From IMG/VR virus record IMGVR_UViG_3300050120_000152, positions 186,001 through 250,000 of that record: a stretch of 64,000 nt of DNA; one strand, 5' to 3'. The number at the start of each line of letters is the position of its first letter. Position 1 is the stretch's first letter. Below are positions 44,222-53,754 of this stretch, one piece after another. Below the pieces are notes generated by a model. It ran no database searches. It was not told the origin of the DNA and saw nothing but the letters and a program-made list of their open reading frames with translations. The position numbers and the translations under genes were made by a program.

Positions 44222-46471
44222 ATGCAAATAAATTTTCGACAAGGTATTATAAGCAGCCAATCCTTACCACGATTTTTACAAAAAAATCTTAATGGTAATA
44301 TTGATTTTAATGCTTCTGACTCACAAACGATATTAAATTTTGCAGATGGAGCTTCAAATTATCTTTGGTATGAACCAATATCTATTACAGATGCATGGAT
44401 TACCCCAACCGAACAAGCATGTTGGTTATATTGGGATATTAGTACAGAAAATGCTACACGTAGTTTTGGATATACCTTATATAACCCATTTTCTGTAGTA
44501 GCACCATCCAATCCCCAACTCAATCAGATGTATTTTAATACGTCTACATTCAAATATCAGTCATGGACAGGCCAATACTGGCGTGACGTTATCCGCGTCA
44601 TTGCAGGGGCTGTAGATGCCTCTGGCAACATTATTACACAGAGTAGTGGAACACAGATCAATTTGTATCAAACTGTAACTACTGACGTTATAGTTTATGA
44701 TTTTACACAAATGCCGATTAAGAATTATACCCCAAATGGTTATGAATTCTTAAATAAATTTACTATAACTAATTTTAAAAATAATTCAAAGGACTCATTC
44801 AAATACGAAAGAATTGTTAATGCCAATGGAATGGCATCAGAAGATATAATTAAACATTATTGTGTTACTTGGAAGGATTATAATACATTACAACTTGCTG
44901 ATCCTGAAAAAATCAATAATCCAGCTTTTGCTTTAGCTGAAAAAATGGTAAATACCGGAGAAATAATAAGTTTATGTACTGAAGGATTTGTTGTCAACAG
45001 AACAGACTGGAATTGGCCTAATCCGCCACATACATCATTGTATGTTGGAACTAATGGTATATTAACTCCTGAATTTGATCCTACATTTTCTAAATCGCTC
45101 CAATTAGTAGGTTACATTGTGTCGCCAAATACAATATATGTCAATTTTAATAATCAATATTCAAAATATATTACGAGTAATAATACTATATTACCGACTA
45201 TCTCAGTTACACCAACCCCAGAATCTACTAGCACAATGACGCCTACGCCAACTATAACTCCAACATTGACTATGACACCAACGGCAACAGTAACCATCAC
45301 TCCTACTATTACTATAACTCCAACATTGACTATGACACCAACGGCAACAGTAACCATCACTCCTACTATTACTATAACTCCAACACCAGCTATAGTCGGA
45401 ACGGTAGAACTTTTTGCTGGTGGATATTTTCAATCATTTCATAGTCAAGCATATGGCGGATTAGCTAAAATACATTCTGATGGTACTATAGATACTGCAT
45501 TGACTCCTTTCATATTTGATAATTCTGACGGGGATGGTGTTGATACATTATATAGAACTGCTGATGGTAAAATTTATATGTGTGGATATTATATTTCCTT
45601 AAATGGTTCAACCACCTATAGATATTTAACTAGATTAAATTCTGATGGGACATTGGACAACACATTTACCAATTTAAATTTGGATAATGAAGCATATACA
45701 GCATTACAAACTATTGATGATAAAATTTATATTGGTGGATGGCTTACCAGCATTGGTGGACAATCTGTTACTGGATTAGCACGATTAAATTCTGATGGTA
45801 CATTAGATAATACGTATACACCACCTGTAATAGACCATACAATGATAGGTGGAATAGTTTCTATACAGCATATGCATCAAACAATTGATGGTAAAATTTA
45901 TATTGGGGGTAGTTTTACCACTATTGATGGCAATGCATATGGTCATTTAGCTAGGTTAAATTCTGATGGTACGTTGGATACTACATTTACTAACATTGGA
46001 TTGCCATTGGGTAGTAACACTAATCATTTATTCGCAATCTGTCAAACAATAGATGGTAAAATTTATATCAGTTGTAGTGGTTTGTGTAGATTAAATTCTG
46101 ATGGTACTATAGATAATACATTCGTTGCTCCTAATTCAACATCACCATTAACAATATACCAAACTATTGATGGTAAAATATATATGGGTAATATGACTGT
46201 ATTTAATGGAACATCCTATCAATATTTAGGATTATATCGAATGAATTCTGATGGAACTTTAGATAATAATTTTGTTCCTATAAATAATGGAAGTTATATA
46301 GAAGTCATATATCAAACCTCGGATGACAAAATATATATGTGCGCAACCCGTAATGCTTCAGGTACATCACCATTGTCGCCTATTAGATTAAATTCTGACG
46401 GTACATTAGATAATACGTTTATAACAGGAAATAATACTCCTAGTATACTTACATTACTAGAAGTTATTTAA
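44222..46471 (+). CDS. fibre/spike-like protein: 'INFRQGI' N-domain/TP linker/7 Delta-60 repeats
   Basis: N-domain paralogous to 48850; 7 RLNSDG-type repeats; ATAAATA upstream. Confidence 0.8.
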   Translation: MQINFRQGIISSQSLPRFLQKNLNGNIDFNASDSQTILNFADGASNYLWYEPISITDAWITPTEQACWLYWDISTENATRSFGYTLYNPFSVVAPSNPQLNQMYFNTSTFKYQSWTGQYWRDVIRVIAGAVDASGNIITQSSGTQINLYQTVTTDVIVYDFTQMPIKNYTPNGYEFLNKFTITNFKNNSKDSFKYERIVNANGMASEDIIKHYCVTWKDYNTLQLADPEKINNPAFALAEKMVNTGEIISLCTEGFVVNRTDWNWPNPPHTSLYVGTNGILTPEFDPTFSKSLQLVGYIVSPNTIYVNFNNQYSKYITSNNTILPTISVTPTPESTSTMTPTPTITPTLTMTPTATVTITPTITITPTLTMTPTATVTITPTITITPTPAIVGTVELFAGGYFQSFHSQAYGGLAKIHSDGTIDTALTPFIFDNSDGDGVDTLYRTADGKIYMCGYYISLNGSTTYRYLTRLNSDGTLDNTFTNLNLDNEAYTALQTIDDKIYIGGWLTSIGGQSVTGLARLNSDGTLDNTYTPPVIDHTMIGGIVSIQHMHQTIDGKIYIGGSFTTIDGNAYGHLARLNSDGTLDTTFTNIGLPLGSNTNHLFAICQTIDGKIYISCSGLCRLNSDGTIDNTFVAPNSTSPLTIYQTIDGKIYMGNMTVFNGTSYQYLGLYRMNSDGTLDNNFVPINNGSYIEVIYQTSDDKIYMCATRNASGTSPLSPIRLNSDGTLDNTFITGNNTPSILTLLEVI
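45251..45385 (+). repeat. perfect 60-bp tandem duplication (2.25 copies)
   Basis: Unit actataactccaacattgactatgacaccaacggcaacagtaaccatcactcctactatt. Confidence 0.95.
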
Positions 46472-46490
46472 TTATAATATAAATTTTATA

Positions 46491-46565
46491 CAATTAGTAG
46501 GTTACATTGTGTCACCAAATATCATATATATTAATTTTGGTAAACAATATACCAAGTATCAATAA
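46491..46565 (+). pseudogene. intergenic relic of the 3' end of the INFRQGI anchor domain
   Basis: QLVGYIVSPNIIYINFGKQYTKYQ* vs QLVGYIVSPNTIYVNFNNQYSKYI at 45101; first 23 bp identical. Confidence 0.75.
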
Positions 46566-46640
46566 GATAAATAGCTTATCATCCTATAAACCGTATGAAG
46601 TCGTATAAATATTCCATTGAATATATATTTGGAATCATGA

Positions 46641-48797
46641 ATGTCTACTCCCATAAGTCCTACCCCATCGGTAACTCCTACTATCTCTGTAACGCCAACA
46701 CCCATAAGTCCTACCCCATCGGTAACTCCTACTATCTCTGTAACGCCAACACCCATAATAGTAAGGAATATGAAACAGATGTTTCGTCGCTATAGTGATG
46801 GAACCTTGGTTGCACGAGAACAACAATATGATTTATTAAGGGGATTTCAGTTCACCCAAGCTGAAGACGCACTTACATGGGAAGTTTGTCATAATATGCA
46901 ATCTGATATGTTTGATGTAGCTATTGTAGTTAATGATATAATGGTCAATGCTGATATACAAATTATAGATAAATGTAAAATATTGATAAAATTTAATGTA
47001 CCCACATCAGGTTATGTAAATTTATTGTTCATGGATAGCTTTCCTACAGTATCAGTATGTGATTGTATAGCACCATCAACAACACCAGCGCCACCAGCAC
47101 CAACATTAACACCAACACCATCTGTATCAGTAACATCAACCCCATCAGGATTAACTCCATTAACCTTAGTATCAACAAATAATGTTGATGTTACTTACAC
47201 TGTATATACATGTGGAGCATCCAATAATGCTTCCATTGATTGGGGTGATGGCACTATTGATCCTATCCCTAATGGTGCTGTCGATGGGAGTGATAACGCA
47301 TGTTATAATGGTATAGTACATATCTATAGTACAGCAGGAACGTATACAATTAAGGTATATGGAGATTATATTGATAATGGCACAAATTCCGGTGGAATTT
47401 CCATAACTACCGATGTATCAGCTACCGCAGAGTTAACTTCATGGGGAACTTATAATGTAAATCATGTCCGGTTGCCATCAGGAATCATTTCGGTGCCATC
47501 ATCCATTCCAACAACATTAACAGATATGTCTAATATGTTTAATGGTGCTTCAGTATTCAATCAAGATATTAGTTCATGGAATACCAGCAATGTAACTAAT
47601 ATGAATAATATGTTTAATAGTGCTGCAGTATTCAATCAAGATATTAGTTCATGGAATACCAGTAATGTAACTAATATGTCTGATATGTTTGATAGTGCTA
47701 ATGATTTTAATGGAAATATTGGTTCATGGAATACCAGTAAGGTAACAGATATGTCTTATATGTTTTATAGTGCTTATGCATTTAATCAAGACCTTTCATT
47801 ATGGGATACCAGTAATGTAACTAATATGGTTATCATGTTTGCTAATGCTAATGCTTTTAATGGAAATATTGGTTCATGGAATACTAGTAAGGTAACAGAT
47901 ATGTCTTATATGTTTGGCGGTGCATTAGCGTTTAATCAAGACATATCCTCATGGAATACTAGTGCTGTAATTAATATGAATAATATGTTTTATGGTGCGC
48001 GAGTATTCAATCAAGATATTAGTTCATGGAATACCAGTAATGTAACAAATATGTCTAATATGTTTGATAGTGCGTATGCTTTTAATGGGAATATTGGTTC
48101 ATGGAATACTAGTAATGTAACTAATATGAGTAATACATTTAATGGTGCTGCTGCCTTTAATCAAGACCTTTCATTATGGGATACCAGTAAGACAACTGAT
48201 ATGAATAATATGTTTGCTGGTGCAGCATTTAATCAAGATATTTCATCATGGAACACAAGTAATGTAACTACTATGAATAGTATGTTTTATGATACTCCAG
48301 CATTTAATCAAGATTTATCATCATGGGATACCAGTCATGTAACTGATATGAGTCAAATGTTTCAAAGTGCCTCAGTATTTAATCAAAATATTGGTGCATG
48401 GAACACAATTAATGTAATTAATATGAATAATATGTTTAATTCTGCACTATTATTCAATCAGGATATTTCAACATGGAATACCAGTAATGTAACTGATATG
48501 AGTCAAATGTTTGTACATGCTAATGTATTCAATCAAAATATTGGTTCATGGAATACCAGTAATGTAACTACTATGTATGATATGTTTGATAGTGCGTATG
48601 CTTTTAATGGAAATATTGGTACATGGAATACCAGCAATGTAACTAATATGAATAATATGTTTAATAGTGCTGCAGTATTCAATCAAGATTTATCTCATTG
48701 GTGTGTAACCTTAATACCATCAATACCATCTAATTTCGCGGCTTTTACACCAGCTTGGACATTAGCAAAACCAGTCTGGGGAACATGTCCACCGTAA
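46641..48797 (+). CDS. modular surface protein: TP repeat/HNL module/TP/PKD-like/16 DUF285 repeats
   Basis: DWGDG..HIY; 25-aa DUF285 repeats; ends PVWGTCPP. Confidence 0.85.
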   Translation: MSTPISPTPSVTPTISVTPTPISPTPSVTPTISVTPTPIIVRNMKQMFRRYSDGTLVAREQQYDLLRGFQFTQAEDALTWEVCHNMQSDMFDVAIVVNDIMVNADIQIIDKCKILIKFNVPTSGYVNLLFMDSFPTVSVCDCIAPSTTPAPPAPTLTPTPSVSVTSTPSGLTPLTLVSTNNVDVTYTVYTCGASNNASIDWGDGTIDPIPNGAVDGSDNACYNGIVHIYSTAGTYTIKVYGDYIDNGTNSGGISITTDVSATAELTSWGTYNVNHVRLPSGIISVPSSIPTTLTDMSNMFNGASVFNQDISSWNTSNVTNMNNMFNSAAVFNQDISSWNTSNVTNMSDMFDSANDFNGNIGSWNTSKVTDMSYMFYSAYAFNQDLSLWDTSNVTNMVIMFANANAFNGNIGSWNTSKVTDMSYMFGGALAFNQDISSWNTSAVINMNNMFYGARVFNQDISSWNTSNVTNMSNMFDSAYAFNGNIGSWNTSNVTNMSNTFNGAAAFNQDLSLWDTSKTTDMNNMFAGAAFNQDISSWNTSNVTTMNSMFYDTPAFNQDLSSWDTSHVTDMSQMFQSASVFNQNIGAWNTINVINMNNMFNSALLFNQDISTWNTSNVTDMSQMFVHANVFNQNIGSWNTSNVTTMYDMFDSAYAFNGNIGTWNTSNVTNMNNMFNSAAVFNQDLSHWCVTLIPSIPSNFAAFTPAWTLAKPVWGTCPP
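46650..46757 (+). repeat. perfect 51-bp tandem duplication
   Basis: cccataagtcctaccccatcggtaactcctactatctctgtaacgccaaca x2 + cccata. Confidence 0.95.
48298..48370. repeat. 73-bp perfect inverted repeat with 29480-29552
   Basis: Base-by-base comparison; a second 48-bp identity links 47523-47570 and 29683-29730. Confidence 0.9.
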
Positions 48798-48849
48798 TGA
48801 CTTATTAAATACATAAACCAATAAATACTATGATAAAACTATTGCCATT

Positions 48850-51800
48850 ATGCTTATAAATTTTCGTCAAGGCATCATAAATGCTCAAATAAACAATAAT
48901 TTCCTTCAATTGGTTAATGGAAATGTAAACATTAATGTTGATGTAGATAGAGTGGATTTAGCTTTTGCTTATGGTAATCATAACTATTTGTTTACAGAAG
49001 CACAGCAGGTATTAAGTGCATGGAACGGATTACCGTCAAATCAAACAGCCTACTTGTATTGGGATATAGACTTAATTTCTGGTATCAGAACTTATGGATT
49101 TACCGTCGTAGCCCCAAGTTTCGGTGGTCAATATCCAAGCTCGCCATTAATTAATCAACATTTTTTTAATTATACTACCAATAAAATGTATGTATGGTCA
49201 GGTACCATTTGGCAAGAAAAATTAAGAGTATTTGCTGGCTCAGTGCAAGACAATGCCATATTAGTAGCAAATGGCTTAGGATCACAAGTTAATTTATATG
49301 GTCAGGTTAATTTGGGCTATATTCTATTCAATTCCCAGAATAAACCGTTAAGAATAACCGATAATACAAATATATTTTATTTCGTTACTACCGAAGATGA
49401 AATTCATACCCAACAAGATTTAAATAATGCATATAAAATTGATGCATTATTGATGGATGGTAGAGCCATAGAACCAATCCCAGCATTTTCTTGTATTACA
49501 TGGAAAGGCCCAAAGCAAACTGGTGTAGCATCCTATGTTGATTATCAGCGACCATGTATAGGCATAGCTGCGGAATCATCTGGTGTGGATGAAGTTAAAC
49601 AATTCGTAACCAAAGGATTTTTAACAAATTATATAAATTGGAACTTTGATGTTCCACCAAGCACACCATTATTTGTAGGGATTACGGGACAAGTTACTAC
49701 TAGTGTACCCCAACAGTATTCATTGCAGCGCATAGGTCATGTGGTATCACCAAATACCATATTTGTAAATATTGAAGAAATAATATTATTAGAATCATTT
49801 CAAACAACCCCAACTCCAACTCCATCATCTTCCCCTACCCCAACATTGACACCATCACCTACACCAAGTGTTACACCCACGGCAACTCCAGTAATACCAT
49901 CAGGATTTTCGTTATATGCTGGGGGAGCGATGAGCAATGTTGGTGGTATATTAGGAATAGATTCGTTGAATGCTGATGGAACATTAAACACAGCATTTAC
50001 CAATTTGCAAGTTGATGGTTATGTTGATTATATGTATCAAACAGCTGATACAAAAATCTATACGCTAGGTTCCTTTACTTCTATAGGTTCTCATTATTTT
50101 CCAACTTTTGCTAGATTAAATTCTGATGGAACTTTCGATACAACATTTACTGCTATAACATTCAATAGTGAACCATTAGATATGCACCAAACTGCTGATG
50201 GTAAAATATACCTTGTGGGAAATTTTTCGGAGGTTGAGGGTGATACGACAACTTATACGAATGGCTTGGTTAGATTAAATAGCGACGGTACATTAGATAC
50301 ATCCTATACGCCTCCAACATTTGGTACGTTTCCATATCTATCCACATTATATCAAACAGCTGATGGTAAAATTTATATCGGCGGCACTTTTACTACTACA
50401 GTCGATGGAAATAATTACAATAGCTTGATTAGATTAAATGCTGATGGTACATTAGATACATCTTTCACTAATTTATTATTAGATAATGACGTTTCCAAAG
50501 TTTACCAAATATCATCTGGTAAAATATATATTGCTGGAGATTTCACCACTGTTGGTGGAAACAGCTATAGTAACCTAGCTAGATTAAATTCTGATGGAAC
50601 TGTCGATACGACATTTACTGCTATAACATTTAACAACCCCGTATATTCAGTATACCAAACTATTGATAATAAAATTTATGTTGTTGGTAGTTTTACTACT
50701 CTAAATGGAAATACTTTCCAAAATTTGGCTAGATTAAATTCTGATGGTACAGTGGATAGTACAATAGGTAATTTACAATTAGCAGGTCAGGCTTATAATG
50801 TCACACAAACCGCTGATGGTAAGATATATGTAGGTGGTAATATTGTACAATCAGTAATCGGTACGGCTGGTGTATATAATATGGTAAGACTTAATTCCGA
50901 TGGAACTTATGATAACACGTTTATCGATTCCTTAAAATTTAGTGGTACTATTAATAATATATTACAAATAAGTAATGGCACTATATATGTTGCTAGTAAT
51001 GGAATGGCACAAGCATATAATAATATGGTTAGATTATTTAGTTCTGGTACAGTAGACATAACATTTACTGAGTTGGGACTTCAACAAACTTATGGTGAAG
51101 TAGATGCCCTATTACGCTCTCATGTTGATAATAAAATATATATGGGCGGACAATTTATGCAGGTAGAAGCCTTAAATTATAGAAGTTTAGCTAGATTAAA
51201 TGCTGATGGTACATTAGATACATCATATACTAATTATGATATTATAGGTGGTGTACTTGATCTGTATCAAACTGTTGATGATAAAATTTATGTCAGCGGC
51301 AACTTTAATAGTGTTGGTGGCGCTACTTACAATTATCTTGCACGATTAAATGCTGATGGTACATTAGATACTAGTATGGTAGATTTAGCATTAAATAATA
51401 TTGTAAATTCTATATATCAAACTATTGATAATAAAATTTATGTCGGTGGCGGTTTTGATAGCAGCAGTACAGTTGGTTTTAATAGTTTAAATAGATTAAA
51501 TTCTGATGGAACATTAGATACAACATTTATAGATGTCGCTTTTCCGGCAGACTATTCCATTTACTATATTACACAAACATTAGACGGTAAAATTTATGTG
51601 GGGGGACAATTTTCTACAGTTGGGGTTTCAACGTATAATCATCTTGCACGACTGAATTCTGATGGAACGTTAGATACAACATTTACAGACTTAGGGTTAA
51701 ATGGTAATGTATTCGCAATATACCAAACTGTTGATGGTAAAATTTATATCGGTGGAGATTTCGTTGCTGGTGGAGCTAATACGTATGACTATATATTACG

Positions 51801-52002
51801 ACTAAATTCTGATGGAACATTAGATACAACATTTATAGGTGGTGGGATAAGTAGTGGTATACGAGTGCTACAACAATCTACAAGTGGAAAATTATTGATA
51901 GGTAGACATTCTGCGATAGAACTGTATAATTCTGATGGAACTTTTGATAGTGATATTATAACTAGTAATGGTAACATCATGGCACTATTGATTAATAATT
52001 AA
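48850..52002 (+). CDS. fibre/spike-like protein: 'INFRQGI' N-domain/TP linker/14 Delta-60 repeats
   Basis: 14 RLN[SA]DG-type repeats; ATAAATA upstream. Confidence 0.85.
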   Translation: MLINFRQGIINAQINNNFLQLVNGNVNINVDVDRVDLAFAYGNHNYLFTEAQQVLSAWNGLPSNQTAYLYWDIDLISGIRTYGFTVVAPSFGGQYPSSPLINQHFFNYTTNKMYVWSGTIWQEKLRVFAGSVQDNAILVANGLGSQVNLYGQVNLGYILFNSQNKPLRITDNTNIFYFVTTEDEIHTQQDLNNAYKIDALLMDGRAIEPIPAFSCITWKGPKQTGVASYVDYQRPCIGIAAESSGVDEVKQFVTKGFLTNYINWNFDVPPSTPLFVGITGQVTTSVPQQYSLQRIGHVVSPNTIFVNIEEIILLESFQTTPTPTPSSSPTPTLTPSPTPSVTPTATPVIPSGFSLYAGGAMSNVGGILGIDSLNADGTLNTAFTNLQVDGYVDYMYQTADTKIYTLGSFTSIGSHYFPTFARLNSDGTFDTTFTAITFNSEPLDMHQTADGKIYLVGNFSEVEGDTTTYTNGLVRLNSDGTLDTSYTPPTFGTFPYLSTLYQTADGKIYIGGTFTTTVDGNNYNSLIRLNADGTLDTSFTNLLLDNDVSKVYQISSGKIYIAGDFTTVGGNSYSNLARLNSDGTVDTTFTAITFNNPVYSVYQTIDNKIYVVGSFTTLNGNTFQNLARLNSDGTVDSTIGNLQLAGQAYNVTQTADGKIYVGGNIVQSVIGTAGVYNMVRLNSDGTYDNTFIDSLKFSGTINNILQISNGTIYVASNGMAQAYNNMVRLFSSGTVDITFTELGLQQTYGEVDALLRSHVDNKIYMGGQFMQVEALNYRSLARLNADGTLDTSYTNYDIIGGVLDLYQTVDDKIYVSGNFNSVGGATYNYLARLNADGTLDTSMVDLALNNIVNSIYQTIDNKIYVGGGFDSSSTVGFNSLNRLNSDGTLDTTFIDVAFPADYSIYYITQTLDGKIYVGGQFSTVGVSTYNHLARLNSDGTLDTTFTDLGLNGNVFAIYQTVDGKIYIGGDFVAGGANTYDYILRLNSDGTLDTTFIGGGISSGIRVLQQSTSGKLLIGRHSAIELYNSDGTFDSDIITSNGNIMALLINN

Positions 52003-52004
52003 TA

Positions 52005-52622
52005 ATGCTATCTAACTATTTCTCGCATTTATATTGTATAAATTTAGATAATAGACCAGATAGATGGGCTGAAACTCTATTAGAATTTAAAAAATATAAT
52101 ATACTAAATGTTGAACGAATATCTGCTGTGCAAGGTTCCAAGTTAAAGCGCAACCCATGTATAATGAATAGTGGGCAATGGGGCTTATTATATACATGGA
52201 TCAATATATTAAATGATGCAATAGATAAAGACTATTCATCGATATTAATTATGGAAGATGATATCGTGTTTGCCGAGAATTTTATTGAATTATTTCAAGG
52301 CTATATATCAGAACTCCCTGATGACTGGGATATGGTATATATTGGCGAAGTTACAAAAAGAGGTAAACATGGCTGTCGCAGAATTTCAGATCATATCTCA
52401 AAATTAGATAATACATTGGGACTACATTGTGTTGCCATAAATTATACAATATACAAAACATTGTTAACATTATTAACATCACCCGTAAAGAATGGCGAAG
52501 ACTATTTCTTAGACATGCAACGAACCAAAAAGGTATATGGTATTTTCCCTATATTAGCATATCAGAGAAAATCTTATTCAGATATTGAGAAGCGAGTCGT
52601 AAACTATCATGGATTAGGATAA
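52005..52622 (+). CDS. GT25-family glycosyltransferase
   Basis: CINLDNRPDRW, ERISAV, ILIMEDD, DWDMVYIG, P.LAYQR. Confidence 0.85.
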   Translation: MLSNYFSHLYCINLDNRPDRWAETLLEFKKYNILNVERISAVQGSKLKRNPCIMNSGQWGLLYTWINILNDAIDKDYSSILIMEDDIVFAENFIELFQGYISELPDDWDMVYIGEVTKRGKHGCRRISDHISKLDNTLGLHCVAINYTIYKTLLTLLTSPVKNGEDYFLDMQRTKKVYGIFPILAYQRKSYSDIEKRVVNYHGLG

Positions 52623-52671
52623 AAATCCCGATCATTAATAAATACTAAGATAATAAATTTAGGTTATTTTA

Positions 52672-53463
52672 ATGCAATATATTGATGATATCGAGTTAAT
52701 TGGTGGTTCTATCCATGGGGCCAAAATTGAGAATTTAAATCTTGATCCTGATTTTTTCATTACTGATAGTGGGCGAATATATTTCAATATTAGTGGAACT
52801 AAACTTAGATTAAATAATGGCGTAGAATGGATTGATCTATCTTTACCATCAAACTTTAGCAACTTAATTACTACCTTGGGCGCTAATTGGATTAATACCG
52901 ATTTTACTTTTAATCCAACCGAGTTTAATGCATTAACAAATATTACCGGATTAACCAGCAATGATTCATTATTTGATGTTATTTCACAATTAGATAATGC
53001 CATTAATTCTAATGGGGGTTCAACTCTATTATCATTAAATGATGTAGCAGAAACTACAGTATTGGACGCCGGAGATTTATTATATTATAATGGTGATAAT
53101 TTTACTTTTACTAATATTGATGCCATCATACAAACTTATGGACATATAAATTTTTCAGGATTGGAAGATGTTTCAGTTACTGGAGCTATAGCCAATGATA
53201 TTATTGTCTATGATGGTGCTAATTATGTACCCGCAAATCCATTTTTCTTTGGTACCGACTATTCATCAGTCATAGAACACACTATTATTCATACCCTAGG
53301 CGTACAATTGTGTGGTATAACAGTAATTAATGCAAATACTTTTACTGTTATCAATGATGCAACTATCGTGTTCACTGATATTAACACCGTTGATATAACA
53401 TTACAAATTGCTGCTCCGATATATGTAGTATTGGTATCACCACTACAATTTGGTGGTGGTTAA
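52672..53463 (+). CDS. structural (fibre-associated) protein
   Basis: IENL..DP...GRIYFN; L.DV repeats; C-terminal H.LG module; late promoter upstream. Confidence 0.65.
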   Translation: MQYIDDIELIGGSIHGAKIENLNLDPDFFITDSGRIYFNISGTKLRLNNGVEWIDLSLPSNFSNLITTLGANWINTDFTFNPTEFNALTNITGLTSNDSLFDVISQLDNAINSNGGSTLLSLNDVAETTVLDAGDLLYYNGDNFTFTNIDAIIQTYGHINFSGLEDVSVTGAIANDIIVYDGANYVPANPFFFGTDYSSVIEHTIIHTLGVQLCGITVINANTFTVINDATIVFTDINTVDITLQIAAPIYVVLVSPLQFGGG

Positions 53464-53735
53464 TGTCTAACTTGAACTTCAATACCATTTGAGCATTCAA
53501 TAGAATAAATATCTCCCATAATTCCAATTTTGGCTTGGGTAATATGTTCAGTTGCACCACACAAAGACTGATATTTTTCAATATTTTCAATTTTGGCTGG
53601 ATATTTAATAGTAATACCTAACAATAATCCAATGAATACACCACAAAAAAATGCGAAAATGATTGTTTCTAATTTTTCTGACATGATATTCTCAATATTT
53701 ACCTTCATATTTATCAAACATGATAAATAGTACAT
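53460..53735 (-). CDS. small membrane protein (possible i-spanin/lipoprotein-like)
   Basis: TM helix then two Cys; start uncertain (likely MSEK). Confidence 0.5.
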   Translation of the reverse strand: MYYLSCLINMKVNIENIMSEKLETIIFAFFCGVFIGLLLGITIKYPAKIENIEKYQSLCGATEHITQAKIGIMGDIYSIECSNGIEVQVRH

Positions 53736-53754
53736 ATAACTTGGGATTCTTATT

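Noticed and set aside
45154-46826. Val/Gly-rich minus-strand ORFs and 46595..46795
   Set aside because: These are shadows of the Thr/Pro tandem repeats.
47520-48710. 75-bp periodic repeats as a CRISPR array
   Set aside because: They are in-frame 25-aa DUF285 coding repeats with degenerate third positions; there are no unique spacers and no cas genes.
29400-48710. Diversity-generating retroelement (TR/VR pair) between the DUF285 genes
   Set aside because: Mismatches are not adenine-specific (e.g. act/aca, gat/aat, tca/cca), both copies are coding, and there is no reverse transcriptase in the window.
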